Assembly (NCBI GenBank): GCA_965206595.1
Contig: OZ242214.1
Coordinates: forward strand, 5,728,001-5,792,000
Origin: Candidatus Latescibacterota bacterium
GTDB taxonomy: Bacteria > Latescibacterota > UBA2968 > UBA8231
DNA: 64,000 nucleotides
Direction of reading: 5' to 3'
The notes beneath the pieces were generated by a model, which was given only the letters and a program-made list of their open reading frames with translations, had not been told where the DNA came from and did not search any database. Position numbers and translations under genes: made by a program. This document shows positions 10,502 to 22,485 of the stretch, one piece after another. The number at the start of each line of letters is the position of its first letter. Within the stretch, counting starts at the first letter, position 1.

Positions 10502-12081
10502 TCACAGGCTGACCCGGGTCGCCCACTTGACGTGGTCGCTCGCCAGCAGCTCGTCGAGCACGGCGTCGGGTATGGGGCTGTCGACGTTGAGGATGGTCAG
10601 GGCGCGCCCGCCGACCTGCTGCCGGCCGCAGGACATCTGCGCGATGTTGACCCCGTGGGACCCCATGATGGTGCCGACGCGCCCGATGACACCGGGGATG
10701 TCCTCGTTGATGTAGAAAAGCATGTTTCCTTCTGGGACGGCGTCGAAGTGGTAGTCGTCGAGGCGCACGATGCGGGGGTCGCTCTTGCCGAATATCGTCC
10801 CTGACAGCACCCGTTCGCTGCCGGCGTGGTAGACGACCGTGATCATGCTGGCGAAGTCCTCAGGCTCGCGGCTCTTCAGCTCGTCGACCGAGAGGCCTCG
10901 TTCCTGGGCGAAGATCGGGGCGTTGACGAAGTTGACGATCTCGTCGGAAATCGTCTCCATGAGACCCTTGAGGACCGCCGCGGTGATCGGCGAGGTCGGG
11001 TGGTTGGTGACTTCGCCGTGATACTCCACGGTGATCCGCTCCAACTGCCCGGTTCCGAGCTGCGCCTGAATCCGCCCCATGCGCTCGGCGAGCTCGAGGT
11101 AGGGTTGCAGCGTCCGGTACACCTCCGGCTCCACCGAGGGAAGGTTGACGGCGTTGCGGACCGGCATGTCGGTCAACGTCTCGCCTACCTGCTCGGCTAC
11201 CTGCAGCGCCACGCTCGCCTGCGCTTCCTCGGTAGAGGCCCCGATATGGGGGGTGCAGATGACGGCCTCGTGGCGAACCATCTCGTTCTCCAAACCGGGG
11301 GGTTCCTGCTCGAAGACGTCGAGGGCTGCCCCGGCGACCTTGCCGGAGTTCAGGCCCTCGAGCAGGGCCTCTTCGTCGACGATGCCGCCGCGGGCGCAGT
11401 TGATGATGCGCACGCCATCCTTGCATGAAGCGATCTGTTCCCGGGAAAGGTAGTGCCGCGTCTGGTCGGTCAAATGAAGGTGGATGCTGATGAAATCCGA
11501 CTCGGCGTAGAGCTGTTCGAGGGGTACCAGCTGGGCGCCGTGCGCAAGGGCGGCCTCGGCCGAGACGTAGGGATCGTGCCCGAGCACGCGCATGTGAAAG
11601 GCACCGGCCCGATGCGCCACCTCGCGGCCGACCTTGCCGAGACCGACGATGCCGAGGGTCTTGCCGGCGAGCTCGACCCCGGTAAAGCGGGTGCGCTCCC
11701 AGCGGCCGGTGCGCACCGATGCCGAGGCCCCGGGAATCTGCCGTGCAAGCGCCAGGAGCAGGCCGAAGCAGTGCTCGGCGGTAGAGGTAGAGTTGCCGCC
11801 GGGAGTGTTCATCACCACGATCCCGCGGCGGCTCGCCGCGACGACGTCGATGTTGTCGACCCCGGCCCCGGCGCGGCCGATCACCCGCAGGCGTTTGCCG
11901 GCGCCGATCACCTCCTCGGTGACCTTGGTGCTCGAACGCACGATCAGCCCCTCGTAGCCACCGATCGCTTGGAGGAGCCCTGCGGGCGTCAGGTCTGTGC
12001 GCACCTCGACGGATATCCCCGGAAAGCGCGCCAGCAGGTCGACGCAGCCGGGATCCATGGGGTCGCTGATAAGGACTTTCA

Positions 12082-12082
<1 letters not shown>
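10502..12082 (-). CDS. serA: D-3-phosphoglycerate dehydrogenase with ASB and ACT domains
   Basis: RAGAGVDNID, GLGKVG, TPHIGAST, C-terminal ACT (DIPGVIG, NIAQM); ATG overlaps yihA stop. Confidence 0.93.
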
Positions 12083-12693
<611 letters not shown>

Positions 12694-12715
12694 AGCCTGT
12701 GGGGCCGGGTCCCGG

Positions 12716-13963
12716 TCATGCCCGCTGGCGCATTAATACGTCATCGCCGTCGATGTTTTCGACCCCTTTCAGGATCATCTCGGACGTCACGACGAGCTCT
12801 CCGACGCTGTCGCGGGAGGGGGTGTCGTACATGATATCCATCATCGACTGCTCGAGCACCGAGCGCAAACCGCGAGCCCCGGTACCCTTCCTTACCGTCA
12901 GGTCCACGACCGTATGCAGCGCCTCTTCGGTAAAATCGAGGGTGACCCCGTCGATCTCGAAGAGCCTGCATACCTGCCTGACAATGGCGTCCTTCGGTTC
13001 CGTCAGGATCCGGAACAGGTCTTCTTCGGTGAGCGGGTCCATGGTGGTCACCACCGGGACGCGGCCCACGTACTCCGGAATCAGCCCGTACGCCAGCAGG
13101 TCCTCGGGCTGGACCTGGCTCAGCACCGACATCGGATCGGTATCGTGGGTTTCCCGATCGTCCGCGACGCCGAATCCGAGGGTGCGGCGTCCCACGCGAT
13201 GGGAGATGATTTTCTCCAACCCCTCGAAGGCGCCTCCGCAAATGAAGAGGATGTTGCCGGTGTTGATCTGGATCATCGACTGCTCGGGATGCTTGCGCCC
13301 TCCCTTCGGCGGGATATTGGCGACCGTGCCTTCGAGGATTTTCAGGAGGGCCTGCTGCACTCCTTCCCCCGATACGTCGCGGCTCACGGCCGGGGTGGCG
13401 GACTTGCGCGCGATCTTGTCGACCTCGTCGAGGTAGACGATCCCCTTCTCGGCGCGCGCGACGTCGTAATCGGCGGCCTGCAGCAGTCCGACGAGGATGT
13501 TCTCGACGTCTTCGCCGACGTACCCGGCTTCGGTCAGTATGGTGGCGTCGGCTATGGAAAAGGGCACCTGAAGCACCTTCGCCAGGGTCTGGGCGAGCAG
13601 GGTTTTGCCGGTACCGGTGGGCCCGACGAGAATGATGTTGCTCTTCTCGAGCTCGACGTCGTCGAGGGAGACGTTGGGCCGGATGCGCTTGTAGTGATTG
13701 TACACCGCCACCGAAAGGATCTTCTTTGCCCGGTCCTGCCCGATGACGTAGTCGTCGAGAAACGACTTGATGTCGAACGGTTTGGGCAGGGCCCCGGTTT
13801 CCCAGGGCGTCTGCTTTCTGTTTTCCGCCAGCACCTCGTTGCAGAGCTTCACGCACTCGTTGCAGATGTGAACGGACGGACCCGTGATGATTTTCTCGAC
13901 CTGGGAGGCTCCGCGGGCGCAGAAGGAGCATTTCGGGTCGGTCTTGGAAGGACGGCGTCGCAC
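12716..13963 (-). CDS. clpX: ATP-dependent Clp protease ATP-binding subunit
   Basis: CSFC...ICNEC zinc finger, [24 protein letters not shown]; GTG start at 13963 inferred. Confidence 0.96.
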   Translation of the reverse strand: MRRRPSKTDPKCSFCARGASQVEKIITGPSVHICNECVKLCNEVLAENRKQTPWETGALPKPFDIKSFLDDYVIGQDRAKKILSVAVYNHYKRIRPNVSLDDVELEKSNIILVGPTGTGKTLLAQTLAKVLQVPFSIADATILTEAGYVGEDVENILVGLLQAADYDVARAEKGIVYLDEVDKIARKSATPAVSRDVSGEGVQQALLKILEGTVANIPPKGGRKHPEQSMIQINTGNILFICGGAFEGLEKIISHRVGRRTLGFGVADDRETHDTDPMSVLSQVQPEDLLAYGLIPEYVGRVPVVTTMDPLTEEDLFRILTEPKDAIVRQVCRLFEIDGVTLDFTEEALHTVVDLTVRKGTGARGLRSVLEQSMMDIMYDTPSRDSVGELVVTSEMILKGVENIDGDDVLMRQRA

Positions 13964-13989
13964 TCTGTTATGGCTGCTCGAACGGGGTG

Positions 13990-14601
13990 TCAGCCGGCCG
14001 CTTCTGCTGACTGGGCGGTCCCGGTTGGTTGGATGATTTCGTCGATGAGTCCGTACTCGAGCGCTTCGCCGGGACTCATGTAGAAGTCCCGTTCCGTGTC
14101 CCTGCGGATCGTCTCGAGATCCTTGCCGGCGCAGTCGGCGATTATGTCGTTGATCTGCTCGCGGATCTCGATGATCTCGCGAGCGTGGATCTCCATGTCG
14201 GAGGCCTGGCCGCCGATACCGCCCATCGGCTGGTGGAGAAGTATTCGCGCGTTGGGAAGGCTCTGGCGCTTCCCTCTGGCGCCCCCGGCCAGGAGCACGG
14301 CCGACATGCTCGAGGCCTGGCCGATGCAGATCGTGGCGATGTCGGGCTGGACGTACTGCATGGTGTCGAATACGGCCATTCCCGCGGTCACCGATCCACC
14401 CGGGCTGTTGATGTAAAGCGAGATGTCCCGCTTGGGATCTTCGGAGGCGAGAAACAGCATCTGGGCGATGGTGAGGTTGGCGATCCCGTCCCCTATCGGC
14501 GTGCCGATGAAGATGATGCGCTCCTTGAGCAGGCGGGAGTAGATGTCGTACGAGCGCTCGCCTCTGCCCGTCTGCTCTATTACCATGGGTATCAGGGACA
14601 C
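13990..14601 (-). CDS. clpP: ATP-dependent Clp protease proteolytic subunit
   Basis: [22 protein letters not shown]. Confidence 0.97.
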   Translation of the reverse strand: MSLIPMVIEQTGRGERSYDIYSRLLKERIIFIGTPIGDGIANLTIAQMLFLASEDPKRDISLYINSPGGSVTAGMAVFDTMQYVQPDIATICIGQASSMSAVLLAGGARGKRQSLPNARILLHQPMGGIGGQASDMEIHAREIIEIREQINDIIADCAGKDLETIRRDTERDFYMSPGEALEYGLIDEIIQPTGTAQSAEAAG

Positions 14602-15875
14602 TATACCGACTCCTCGCGTATATCGGCGCGCTCGCCAAGGTACTCGAATATCTTCGAGTTCTCCAACTCGCGCCTGATATCGTCGGCCCGGGGGGATCTT
14701 TTCAGGTCGGCCGCCTGAAATCCGAGCTGTTGCGCCCGTTCTTCGAAGTAATCGGCGGTCTCTTCCTCGGTGACCTCGAGATTCAGTTTCTTTCTCAACC
14801 CATCCAGCAGCAGGGAAGTCTTCAGGCTCCTGATAACGGCGATGCGCTCCTCGCCAGTAATCTCAGGATGCTCTTCGTGTTCATCGTGATGTTCGTGTTC
14901 GGCCTCCCGTTCCTCCTTCATTCTCTCGATATAGCTCTCTATCAGACGGTCCGGCAGGTCGAACGGGTTGCCCCTGATGAGGCCGTCGACCAGATCGCTC
15001 CTCTCCTTGCGCCGCGCTAGGGAATTCCAGGTTTCCTGAAGCTGCCCGCGCAGGTACTTGCGCAACGTCTCGAGACTGTCGAACCGGTCCCCGAGGTCCT
15101 TGGCGAACTCGTCGTCCAGCTCGGGAAGGGTGCGCTCCCTGACCTCCCTGGCGGTTACGTTGAAAGACCGCTTCTGTCCGGCGAGCTCCTGATTGGGCAG
15201 ATTCTCCCGGTAGGAGAAGTCGACACGCCGATCTTCGCCCGCGCGGATCCCGATGAGAGCCTCTTCGAACTGCGGGCTCGGGGCGTCGTCGGAGCCGATG
15301 AGGAAATAACGCTCCTCGTAGCGGTCGCCGACCAGGGCCACGCCCTCCTCGGTTACCCCCTGCAGGTCGGCAATGAGCACGTCCCCCTTTTCGAGGGGCC
15401 GCTCCACCGACATCTCGGTAGCGTTGCGCTGCCGCAGCTTGTCGATCTCGCCCCCGACCTCCTCTTCGCCGACCTCATGGGAAATCCTGGAAACCGCTAT
15501 CCCTTCGTAGTTCCCGACATCGATCCGAGGCCAGATGTCCATGGTGGCCGTGAACCTGAGCGGCTTTCCGGGTTCGTGTTGATCCATGGAGATCGTCGGG
15601 GTGCTGGCCGGCACGATGTCGGCCGCCTGTGCGGCCTCGTGAACCAGGTCCGGAAGCAGGCCGGTGACCACGTCGTGGCGAATCGATGCGCCGTACCGCG
15701 ACTCGACGACGCGCATCGGCACCTTGCCTTTGCGAAACCCGGGGATTTCGAGTCTATTCCGGTACTTGCGGACGGCGGTGGCCACTTCCGAGTCGATGCG
15801 CTCGGCCGGGACCTCGATCTCGAGCTCGCGTTCCCACTGTCCTTTTTCGATTACTTTGGTTCTGGCTTCCGACAA
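14601..15875 (-). CDS. tig: Trigger factor
   Basis: PGFRKGKVP ribosome-binding motif, ELDDEFAK; tig-clpP-clpX order. Confidence 0.95.
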   Translation of the reverse strand: MSEARTKVIEKGQWERELEIEVPAERIDSEVATAVRKYRNRLEIPGFRKGKVPMRVVESRYGASIRHDVVTGLLPDLVHEAAQAADIVPASTPTISMDQHEPGKPLRFTATMDIWPRIDVGNYEGIAVSRISHEVGEEEVGGEIDKLRQRNATEMSVERPLEKGDVLIADLQGVTEEGVALVGDRYEERYFLIGSDDAPSPQFEEALIGIRAGEDRRVDFSYRENLPNQELAGQKRSFNVTAREVRERTLPELDDEFAKDLGDRFDSLETLRKYLRGQLQETWNSLARRKERSDLVDGLIRGNPFDLPDRLIESYIERMKEEREAEHEHHDEHEEHPEITGEERIAVIRSLKTSLLLDGLRKKLNLEVTEEETADYFEERAQQLGFQAADLKRSPRADDIRRELENSKIFEYLGERADIREESV

Positions 15876-16007
15876 GGAGGACCCTGAAGTTTATGTGGAT
15901 TAAGTATAAAAAAACCGGTTCCGTGGATGGTTCGGCAAGATGAATGAGGGGCAGCGGCGCAACTATTGTTTTTGCGCGGCGCAGTTCGTGGGGTTGAGTG
16001 TTTTCCG

Positions 16008-16091
16008 TGCGGAAGGGGGGACTCGAACCCCCAAGCCCGTTAGGGCACCAGATCCTAAATCTGGCGCGTCTGCCAGTTCCGCCACTCCCGC
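16008..16091 (-). tRNA. tRNA-Leu (anticodon TAG), CCA not encoded
   Basis: Minus strand GCGGGAGTGGCGGAACTGGCAGACGCG CCAGA-TT-TAG-GA-TCTGG, long variable arm, GGGGGTTCGAGTCCCCC T arm, discriminator A. Confidence 0.96.
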
Positions 16092-16122
16092 TTGCGACCT
16101 GCTGGTGTTGCCTCCAAACTAA

Positions 16123-16156
16123 AATTACCAACGCCCCGAGCGGGACGTTGGTAATT
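16123..16156. other. Inverted repeat between glyQS and tRNA-Leu (terminator, processing stem or operator)
   Basis: AATTACCAACG-N12-CGTTGGTAATT. Confidence 0.5.
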
Positions 16157-16194
16157 GACCGGATTCGAAAATATAGGTTTGGGCATCTAGGGGG

Positions 16195-17595
16195 TCAAGG
16201 TAAGGACGGCTGGATCGAGCCCGGATCCGGGTGCCTCCAGCTGGCGCTTCGGTGGGCGATTTCAGCGCCGAGGCTATCGATGGCAACACGGTCTTGCTCC
16301 ATGGAATCCCGTTCCCGAAGGGTGACCGTCCCGTCCTCTAGGGTCTGCGAATCGACGGTCAGGCAGAAGGGCGTTCCGACTTCGTCCATGCGGCGATAGC
16401 GGCGCCCGATAGCCCCCCCCTCGTCGTAGAAAACGCGAAACTCCGAACGCAGGTCTTCGACGATCCGGCGCGCCACGTCCGGCATGCCGTCCCGCTTTAC
16501 CAGGGGCAGGACGGCTGCCTTGATCGGGGCGATTTTCGGGTGGAAGCGCATCACCACACGTCTGTCGCCCCTGACCTCCTCTTCGCTGTAGGCGTTGACC
16601 AGGCACATCATAGCGGAACGGGTGGCGCCGACCGCGGTTTCCACTACCGCCGGCAATACCTTCTCGCGCGACTCCTCGTTGAAGTAGCGCAGCGCCTTCC
16701 CCGAGAACTCCTCGTGCCGGCAGAGGTCGAACTGGCCGCGGTTGTGGACCCCTTCGATTTCTCCCCACCCGAAAGGGAATTCGTACTGGATGTCGAATGC
16801 GGAACTCGCGTAATGGGCGAGCTCGGCGCCCACGTGTTCATGCCAGCGCATTCTCGCTTCCGGGATCCCGAGCTCGACGAACCACTTCCAGCGCTGCTCC
16901 TTCCAGTAGTCGAACCACTCGTTCTCGGTTCCAGGCTGGACGAAGTACTGCATCTCCATCTGCTCGAATTCCCGCACGCGGAACAAAAAGTTTCTGGTGT
17001 TGATCTCGTTGCGAAACGATTTGCCGATCTGGGCGATGCCGAAAGGCAGTTTCTGGCGCATTGCAGTCTGCACGTTGAGGAAGTTGACGAAGATCCCCTG
17101 CGCCGTTTCCGGCCGCAGGTAGGTGACGGAGGCATCGTCCTCTACGGGGCCGACGTGGGTCTTGAACATCAGGTTGAAATGGCGCGGCTCGGAGAGCTCG
17201 TTTCCCCTCGGGCTTCTCAGGCCGAGCTCGGCGAGCTTCGCCGACATCTCCTCGAAGCTCCAGCCGGTGGGGTCGACGCCGTTCTCCTCGAGAACGTGAT
17301 CCAGGCGGAAACGCTCGTGGGTTTTCTTGTCTTCTACGAGAGGGTCGTGAAAGCCGTCGACGTGTCCGGAAGCCTCCCAAACCCGCGGGTGCATCAGTAT
17401 GCTGGCGTCGATGCCCTCGACGTCCTCGCGAAAGGTCATCGCCCGCCACCACGATTCCTTGACGTTGCGCAGCAGCTCGGCGCCGAGCGGACCGTAGTCC
17501 CAGCAGCCGTTGAGGCCGCCGTAGATCTCGGAGCTTTGAAAAATGAACCCCTTGCGTTTGCACAGGGATACGATCTTTTCCATTACCTGTTCCAT
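16195..17595 (-). CDS. glyQS: Glycine--tRNA ligase, homodimeric type
   Basis: YLRPETAQG, FRNEI, REFEQME, EIEG, C-terminal anticodon-binding domain. Confidence 0.96.
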   Translation of the reverse strand: MEQVMEKIVSLCKRKGFIFQSSEIYGGLNGCWDYGPLGAELLRNVKESWWRAMTFREDVEGIDASILMHPRVWEASGHVDGFHDPLVEDKKTHERFRLDHVLEENGVDPTGWSFEEMSAKLAELGLRSPRGNELSEPRHFNLMFKTHVGPVEDDASVTYLRPETAQGIFVNFLNVQTAMRQKLPFGIAQIGKSFRNEINTRNFLFRVREFEQMEMQYFVQPGTENEWFDYWKEQRWKWFVELGIPEARMRWHEHVGAELAHYASSAFDIQYEFPFGWGEIEGVHNRGQFDLCRHEEFSGKALRYFNEESREKVLPAVVETAVGATRSAMMCLVNAYSEEEVRGDRRVVMRFHPKIAPIKAAVLPLVKRDGMPDVARRIVEDLRSEFRVFYDEGGAIGRRYRRMDEVGTPFCLTVDSQTLEDGTVTLRERDSMEQDRVAIDSLGAEIAHRSASWRHPDPGSIQPSLP

Positions 17596-17608
17596 ACCTG
17601 CCGATTCC

Positions 17609-18454
17609 TCAATGCAAGAATTCGAGAGCTTTCAGGCGGCAGCCCGCGCCCCCGTGGTATTCGAGAAAACCGCCGAGCATCGCGCGTATCTCCCCGCATC
17701 CGGGAGGCTCCGGGGGAATCGCTTCTTTACGATACGTGCGGATGTTCTGCAGGCGCGCGAGAAAGCCGAGGCTGTCTCCGGCGACGCGGTGACCGCCGCT
17801 GCGGGAGTAGCGCGCCCGCGCCGATTCATGCGTATCGCCGCCGATAGCTGCTCCCGCGAGGTAGCCGTCATCCTCCGGGACGGCTTCGGCGCGGTGGCAG
17901 TCGCTGCACAGGCCGCCGCCAAGTCCTGCGCTGAAGTAGGGTGCTTCGCAACCGGAGAGCGCAGCGTTGCAGGAAACGCAGCCGCTAAGCTCGGGCCGGT
18001 ACCCCAACGCCTCGGCGAGGCGCAGCTGGAAGTACCAGAACAGCGACTCGATCTGTTCCGGCTCCACCTCCTCGAGAGCGGGAAGCACACCGGTCAGACA
18101 TCTGTAAAGCCGCTGGTTCGGCTCCTGCTCGATGGTGATGCGGTCGACCGACTCGCATGCGGCGCTGGCGAACGACAGGCGCCGGAAATCCCGCAGCAGG
18201 GCGGGGAACGACTGCAGGACGTCGCATTCGCTCAGGATCTGCAGTTCGCGATCTTCCCGCAGGTAGCAGACGGCCTGCACTTCCGTCATCACTTCAAGGG
18301 CAGCGCCGAACTTGCTCTTCGGGCGGCGGGCTCCTTTCGCGGTAACCTTCAGCTTGCCGAACTCCTCGGAGTAGAGCGTCACCAATTTGCTCGTCTCTCC
18401 CATGCGCCGGGTGCGGATGACGACGGCCAGCGTCTTGACGATCTGCCTTCCCAC
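17609..18454 (-). CDS. recO: DNA repair protein RecO
   Basis: ETSKLVTLYS..GK...AKGAR; CVSC...CSDC zinc finger. Confidence 0.92.
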   Translation of the reverse strand: MGRQIVKTLAVVIRTRRMGETSKLVTLYSEEFGKLKVTAKGARRPKSKFGAALEVMTEVQAVCYLREDRELQILSECDVLQSFPALLRDFRRLSFASAACESVDRITIEQEPNQRLYRCLTGVLPALEEVEPEQIESLFWYFQLRLAEALGYRPELSGCVSCNAALSGCEAPYFSAGLGGGLCSDCHRAEAVPEDDGYLAGAAIGGDTHESARARYSRSGGHRVAGDSLGFLARLQNIRTYRKEAIPPEPPGCGEIRAMLGGFLEYHGGAGCRLKALEFLH

Positions 18455-18455
18455 T

Positions 18456-18782
18456 CTATTCGGCCTTCCCCGTCTCTTCCGGGATGCGATAGACCTCTTC
18501 GCCCGGTTTCTTCATCCCGTATTCCTCGCGCGCCACTTTTTCAAGATATCCGATGTCGCTCCGCAACAGTTCCAGCAGGGTGCGCAGACTGTCGTTCTGG
18601 GCGCCCAGCGCGTCGACCTCATTGCGGAGTAGCCGCAGCTCGGTGCGCCGCGCCTCCACCTGCAGGTAGCCGCTCTCTCCCGCGACCAGTATGTACACGC
18701 CGCCAGCGAAGAGGGCGAGAAGCAAAAGCTGTTTCCACCTGCGGTGGGATCGCGCCGCCAGCTTGTCGTTGCCGCGGTTCAT
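18456..18782 (-). CDS. Septum formation initiator FtsB/DivIC family
   Basis: Single TM, coiled coil, LEKVAREEYGMKKPGE. Confidence 0.88.
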   Translation of the reverse strand: MNRGNDKLAARSHRRWKQLLLLALFAGGVYILVAGESGYLQVEARRTELRLLRNEVDALGAQNDSLRTLLELLRSDIGYLEKVAREEYGMKKPGEEVYRIPEETGKAE

Positions 18783-18791
18783 ACAAGTCGC

Positions 18792-19964
18792 CTAGAGCAG
18801 CACGAGATCGTCCCGGTGAATCACCTCGATGGCGGGCCGGCCCAGTGCCGCTTCCACGTCCGCGGAGCTTTTCCCCAGTACGCGGGCGATCTCCTCGGAG
18901 TCGTATCGCGTCAGCCCGCGCGCGACCTCCGCTTTGCGGCGGTTCTCGACCCGGATGACGTCCCCCGGCTTGAACTCGCCGCTGCAGCCGATGACACCGG
19001 CGACCAGCAGGCTCGAGCCCAGCTCACGGATGGCGCGCTCGGCCCCCCTGTCGATGGCGACGCTCCCTTTGCTCGGCGAGGCGAATCCGATCCAGCGCTT
19101 GCGGCTGCCGAGGCGCTTGCGCGAGGGAAGGAACAGGGTGCCGAGTTGCCGCCCCGCGAGGATCTCCGACAGGCGGTGCTTGCGGGCGTGGGCGATCACC
19201 GTCATCTCCCCACACCTCATCAGCAGGCGCGCGGCGCGGATCTTGGTATGCATTCCGCCGCGGCCGAGGTGGTTGCTAGAGGTGCCGACAGCGGTCTCGA
19301 TATCGGTATCCTCCTCCACCTCGGAGATCAGCTCTCCGCAAGGACCTTCGGGCCCGTAGGAAGAGAACAGCCCCTCGATGTCGGAGAGAATCACGAGCAG
19401 CTCGGCGTGGACGAGGTTGGCGACATACGCCGCCAGGGAGTCGTTTTCGCCGATCGTCAGCTTGAGCTCGGCGACGGCGACGCTGTCGTTTTCGTTTATC
19501 ACCGGAACGGCGCCGAAGGAGAAAAGGGAACGGAAAGTATTGCGAAGGTTGAGGTAGCGACGGCGGTCGTCGAGGATGTCCTCGGCAGTGAGAAGCACCT
19601 GGCCGACAGCGATGCCGTGGCGTTTGAAAGCCGCCTCGTAGCGGTTCATCAGCAGGCTTTGCCCGATGGCCGCGGCTGCCTGCAGATCGGCGATGGCGCG
19701 CGGCCTCTTTCCCAGGCCGAGGCGTCCCATTCCGGCCGCCACCGCGCCGGAAGAGACGATCACGACCTCCAATTCCTGCCGGCGAAGAGCGGCGACGTCG
19801 TCAGCCAGCTGTTTGATGACCTTGCCGTCGAGCTCGCTGGAGCTGCCCCGGGTAAGGCTGCTGCTGCCGATCTTGACGACCAGGCGTTTGACCCGCCGCA
19901 GGCGCTCGCGGCCTGTTGCCGGTGCCGCGGCTGTCTGCTCCTCGATCGATTCGACCTCAGTCAC
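18792..19964 (-). CDS. proB: Glutamate 5-kinase with PUA domain
   Basis: [28 protein letters not shown]; GTG start overlaps hisF stop. Confidence 0.95.
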   Translation of the reverse strand: MTEVESIEEQTAAAPATGRERLRRVKRLVVKIGSSSLTRGSSSELDGKVIKQLADDVAALRRQELEVVIVSSGAVAAGMGRLGLGKRPRAIADLQAAAAIGQSLLMNRYEAAFKRHGIAVGQVLLTAEDILDDRRRYLNLRNTFRSLFSFGAVPVINENDSVAVAELKLTIGENDSLAAYVANLVHAELLVILSDIEGLFSSYGPEGPCGELISEVEEDTDIETAVGTSSNHLGRGGMHTKIRAARLLMRCGEMTVIAHARKHRLSEILAGRQLGTLFLPSRKRLGSRKRWIGFASPSKGSVAIDRGAERAIRELGSSLLVAGVIGCSGEFKPGDVIRVENRRKAEVARGLTRYDSEEIARVLGKSSADVEAALGRPAIEVIHRDDLVLL

Positions 19965-20749
19965 TGGCAGTCCGGGATCTGGGGGCCGCGCACCAGGACG
20001 CCCCGCTCCTCGAGAAAGCTCTTTACTTCGGGAATGCTGTACTCCTCGTAATGGAAGATGGAAGCGGCGAGGGCGGCAGACGCCCTGCCCTCGGTCAGCA
20101 CCTCGTAGATATGGGCGCAGTTGCCGCAACCTCCCGAGGCGACGATGGGGACGTCGACGTGCCCGGCGACGGTGCGGTTCAGCTCGAGGTCGTACCCTTC
20201 GCGCGTTCCATCTGCGTCGATGCTGTTGAGCACGAGCTCTCCAGCGCCGCGGTCGACGAGTTCCTCCACCCAGTCGACGGCATCCAACCCGGTCGCTTTG
20301 CGCCCTCCGTTGACGTAGATCTCCCAGGTGGGCTGATCGCCTCCGGAAGTGCGCAGGGCGTCGATGGCCCCGACGATGCACTGACTGCCGAAGCTCTCGG
20401 CGCTCTCGTTGATGATGCCGGGGTTCTCGACGGCGGCTGAGTTTATCGATACCTTGTCCGCACCCGACTTGAGAATCCCTCTCACGTCGGCGAAGGTGCG
20501 GATGCCGCCGCCGACTGTGAGGGGGATGAAAACCTGCTCGGAGACCTGCTGCACCAGGTCCATCACGATGCCGCGTTCGTCAGCCGACGCGGTGATATCG
20601 TAAAAGACCAGTTCGTCCGCGCCTTCGGCGTCGTAGCGCATCGCCAGCTCGACGGGATCGCCGGCGTCGCGGTCGGCGGAAAACTTAACCCCGCGAACGT
20701 TGCGTCCGTTCTTTACGTCGAGACAGGGTATGATCCGCTTGGCCAGCAT
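19961..20749 (-). CDS. hisF: Imidazole glycerol phosphate synthase cyclase subunit
   Basis: [35 protein letters not shown]. Confidence 0.97.
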   Translation of the reverse strand: MLAKRIIPCLDVKNGRNVRGVKFSADRDAGDPVELAMRYDAEGADELVFYDITASADERGIVMDLVQQVSEQVFIPLTVGGGIRTFADVRGILKSGADKVSINSAAVENPGIINESAESFGSQCIVGAIDALRTSGGDQPTWEIYVNGGRKATGLDAVDWVEELVDRGAGELVLNSIDADGTREGYDLELNRTVAGHVDVPIVASGGCGNCAHIYEVLTEGRASAALAASIFHYEEYSIPEVKSFLEERGVLVRGPQIPDCQ

Positions 20750-20752
20750 CGG

Positions 20753-21358
20753 TCAGTTGGTGGCTGCGAAGTTGCGGAGCAGCCTCAACCCGACATGCTG
20801 GCTTTTTTCGGGATGGAACTGCACCCCCCACATGTTTTGGCGAGCGGCTATGGAGGTGTAGTCCAACCCGTAGTCCGTCGTCGCCAGGCAGTCGCTCGAT
20901 TCGTCGCAGTCGACGTAGTACGAATGGACGAAATAGAAAAAGCTGCCTTCGGGAACGCCGTCGAGCAGGTCGTCTTCTTTCTGTTTTATGGCGATCTGGT
21001 TCCAGCCGATTTGCGGCACTCGTTCTCCGCTCGGGAATCGCACCACGCGTCCGGGCAGCATGGACATCCCGCGATGCCTGCCGCGTTCCTCGCTCTCGTC
21101 AAACATAAGCTGCAGTCCGACGCAGATACCGAGAAACGGTTTCCCCGCTTCCACCTGGCGCAGCAGGAAATCGTCCCAACCGCGCTCGCGCAGGTTGCGC
21201 ATGGCATCTCCGAATGCTGCGTCTCCGGGCAACACGAGGTGACTGGCGTCGCGCGCTTCGACCGGATGTTCGACGATGGCGGCATCGAACCCGAGGTACT
21301 CGAAAGCCTTCTGCACACTGCGCAGGTTGCCCATTCCGTAGTCGATGACCGCGATCAT
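20753..21358 (-). CDS. hisH: Imidazole glycerol phosphate synthase glutaminase subunit
   Basis: DYGMGNLRSV, GICVGLQ, YFVHSY, QFHPEKS. Confidence 0.97.
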   Translation of the reverse strand: MIAVIDYGMGNLRSVQKAFEYLGFDAAIVEHPVEARDASHLVLPGDAAFGDAMRNLRERGWDDFLLRQVEAGKPFLGICVGLQLMFDESEERGRHRGMSMLPGRVVRFPSGERVPQIGWNQIAIKQKEDDLLDGVPEGSFFYFVHSYYVDCDESSDCLATTDYGLDYTSIAARQNMWGVQFHPEKSQHVGLRLLRNFAATN

Positions 21359-22164
21359 CGTCCCAGCTCCCGGGAACGAGCCGTGGCGGCCTGCACCGCG
21401 CTGATCAGGGCGTCTGCAAGTCCCTTGTCGCTGAGCGCCTGCAGTCCCGCGACTGTTGTGCCGTTCGGCGAAGTAACTCGAGCTCTCAGGTTGGCAGGCT
21501 TCTCTCCTGTTTCGAGGACCGTGTGAGCCGCTCCGAGAACTGTCTGGGCGGCAAGGGTAGTGGCGACGTCACCTGGAAGGCCTACCGAAACCCCTCCCTC
21601 AGCGAGTGCTTCTATAATTGAATACACGTAGGCGGGGCCGCTGCCGGACAACCCGGTTACCGCGTCCATCTGAAGCTCCTCGACGACGACGGAAGTTCCA
21701 ACCTGGTCGAACAGCTCCTTGGCGAGCAGCAGCTGTCCTTTTCCGGCGTGTGCTCCGGGACAGATAGCAGTTGCTGCGACTCCGGCAAAAGCCAGCAGCT
21801 GGGGCATGGAGCGAACTACGGCGACGTTCCCTTCCAACCGCGCTTCGATGGCGGCCGTGGTTACTCCCGCCATGATGGAGATCAACAACTGCGCCGGGGT
21901 AATCGAAGGGGAAAGCCGGTCGATCAAACCGGGAGCGATCTGAGGCTTTACAGCCATCAGAATGATATGCTTGTCGGCGATGGCCGCTTCCTGATCGGAG
22001 GTGGTTTCCATTCCCAGTTCAGCCAGCGGCGCCAGCGCGGTCTCATCGATGTCGCAGACCGTAATGTTTTTTGCAGGGACGCGCCCATGGGACACGATCC
22101 CTCGCAGCAGGGCGGCACCCATATTTCCGGCGCCGATGGAAGCGATTTGGCACTGTTCGATCAT
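21355..22164 (-). CDS. proC: Pyrroline-5-carboxylate reductase
   Basis: IGAGNMG, AVKPQ, SGSGPAY, VTSPNGTT; ATG at 22164 inferred. Confidence 0.95.
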   Translation of the reverse strand: MIEQCQIASIGAGNMGAALLRGIVSHGRVPAKNITVCDIDETALAPLAELGMETTSDQEAAIADKHIILMAVKPQIAPGLIDRLSPSITPAQLLISIMAGVTTAAIEARLEGNVAVVRSMPQLLAFAGVAATAICPGAHAGKGQLLLAKELFDQVGTSVVVEELQMDAVTGLSGSGPAYVYSIIEALAEGGVSVGLPGDVATTLAAQTVLGAAHTVLETGEKPANLRARVTSPNGTTVAGLQALSDKGLADALISAVQAATARSRELGR

Positions 22165-22373
22165 ATTTGAGGACGGAACAGACGGGAAGGCGGGATATAC
22201 AGTAGGAGGTCCACTCTGGAAAGGCGGCAATTTATGATAGACTGCACATTGCGGCCTGTCAATTTTCCGCCCGGTGAGAGATGCCTCAGGCAAGGATTTT
22301 GCAACGAATTGCGGCAGATGGGTAAAAGTTTCTCACCAATCTGTTTCCCAGTCGCGAATGGCACAATTTCTGC

Positions 22374-22403
22374 TTGACGAATTAGTTTCAGCAATGGTAC
22401 ATT
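22374..22403 (+). promoter_or_regulatory. Putative sigma70 promoter for the mini-ORF/SWIB unit
   Basis: TTGACG (22374-22379), 18-nt spacer, extended -10 TGnTACATT (22395-22403). Confidence 0.5.
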
Positions 22404-22485
22404 TTTCCCAATGTACTATTGGCAAAGGTTAGGCAATTCGAAGGAGTTGGCATATTCGCCGGGAACCGAGGGAGGAGGTGATCGA

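Noticed and set aside
13964-14638. N-terminal extension making ClpX 640 aa
   Set aside because: Overlaps clpP in another frame; ClpX homology begins at the zinc finger.
15876-16200. tRNA-Leu as an integration site
   Set aside because: No integrase and no duplicated tRNA 3' end seen; tRNA-Leu before tig is a common arrangement.
19965-20381. N-terminal extension of ProB
   Set aside because: Overlaps hisF; the GTG at 19964 overlapping the hisF stop is the plausible start.
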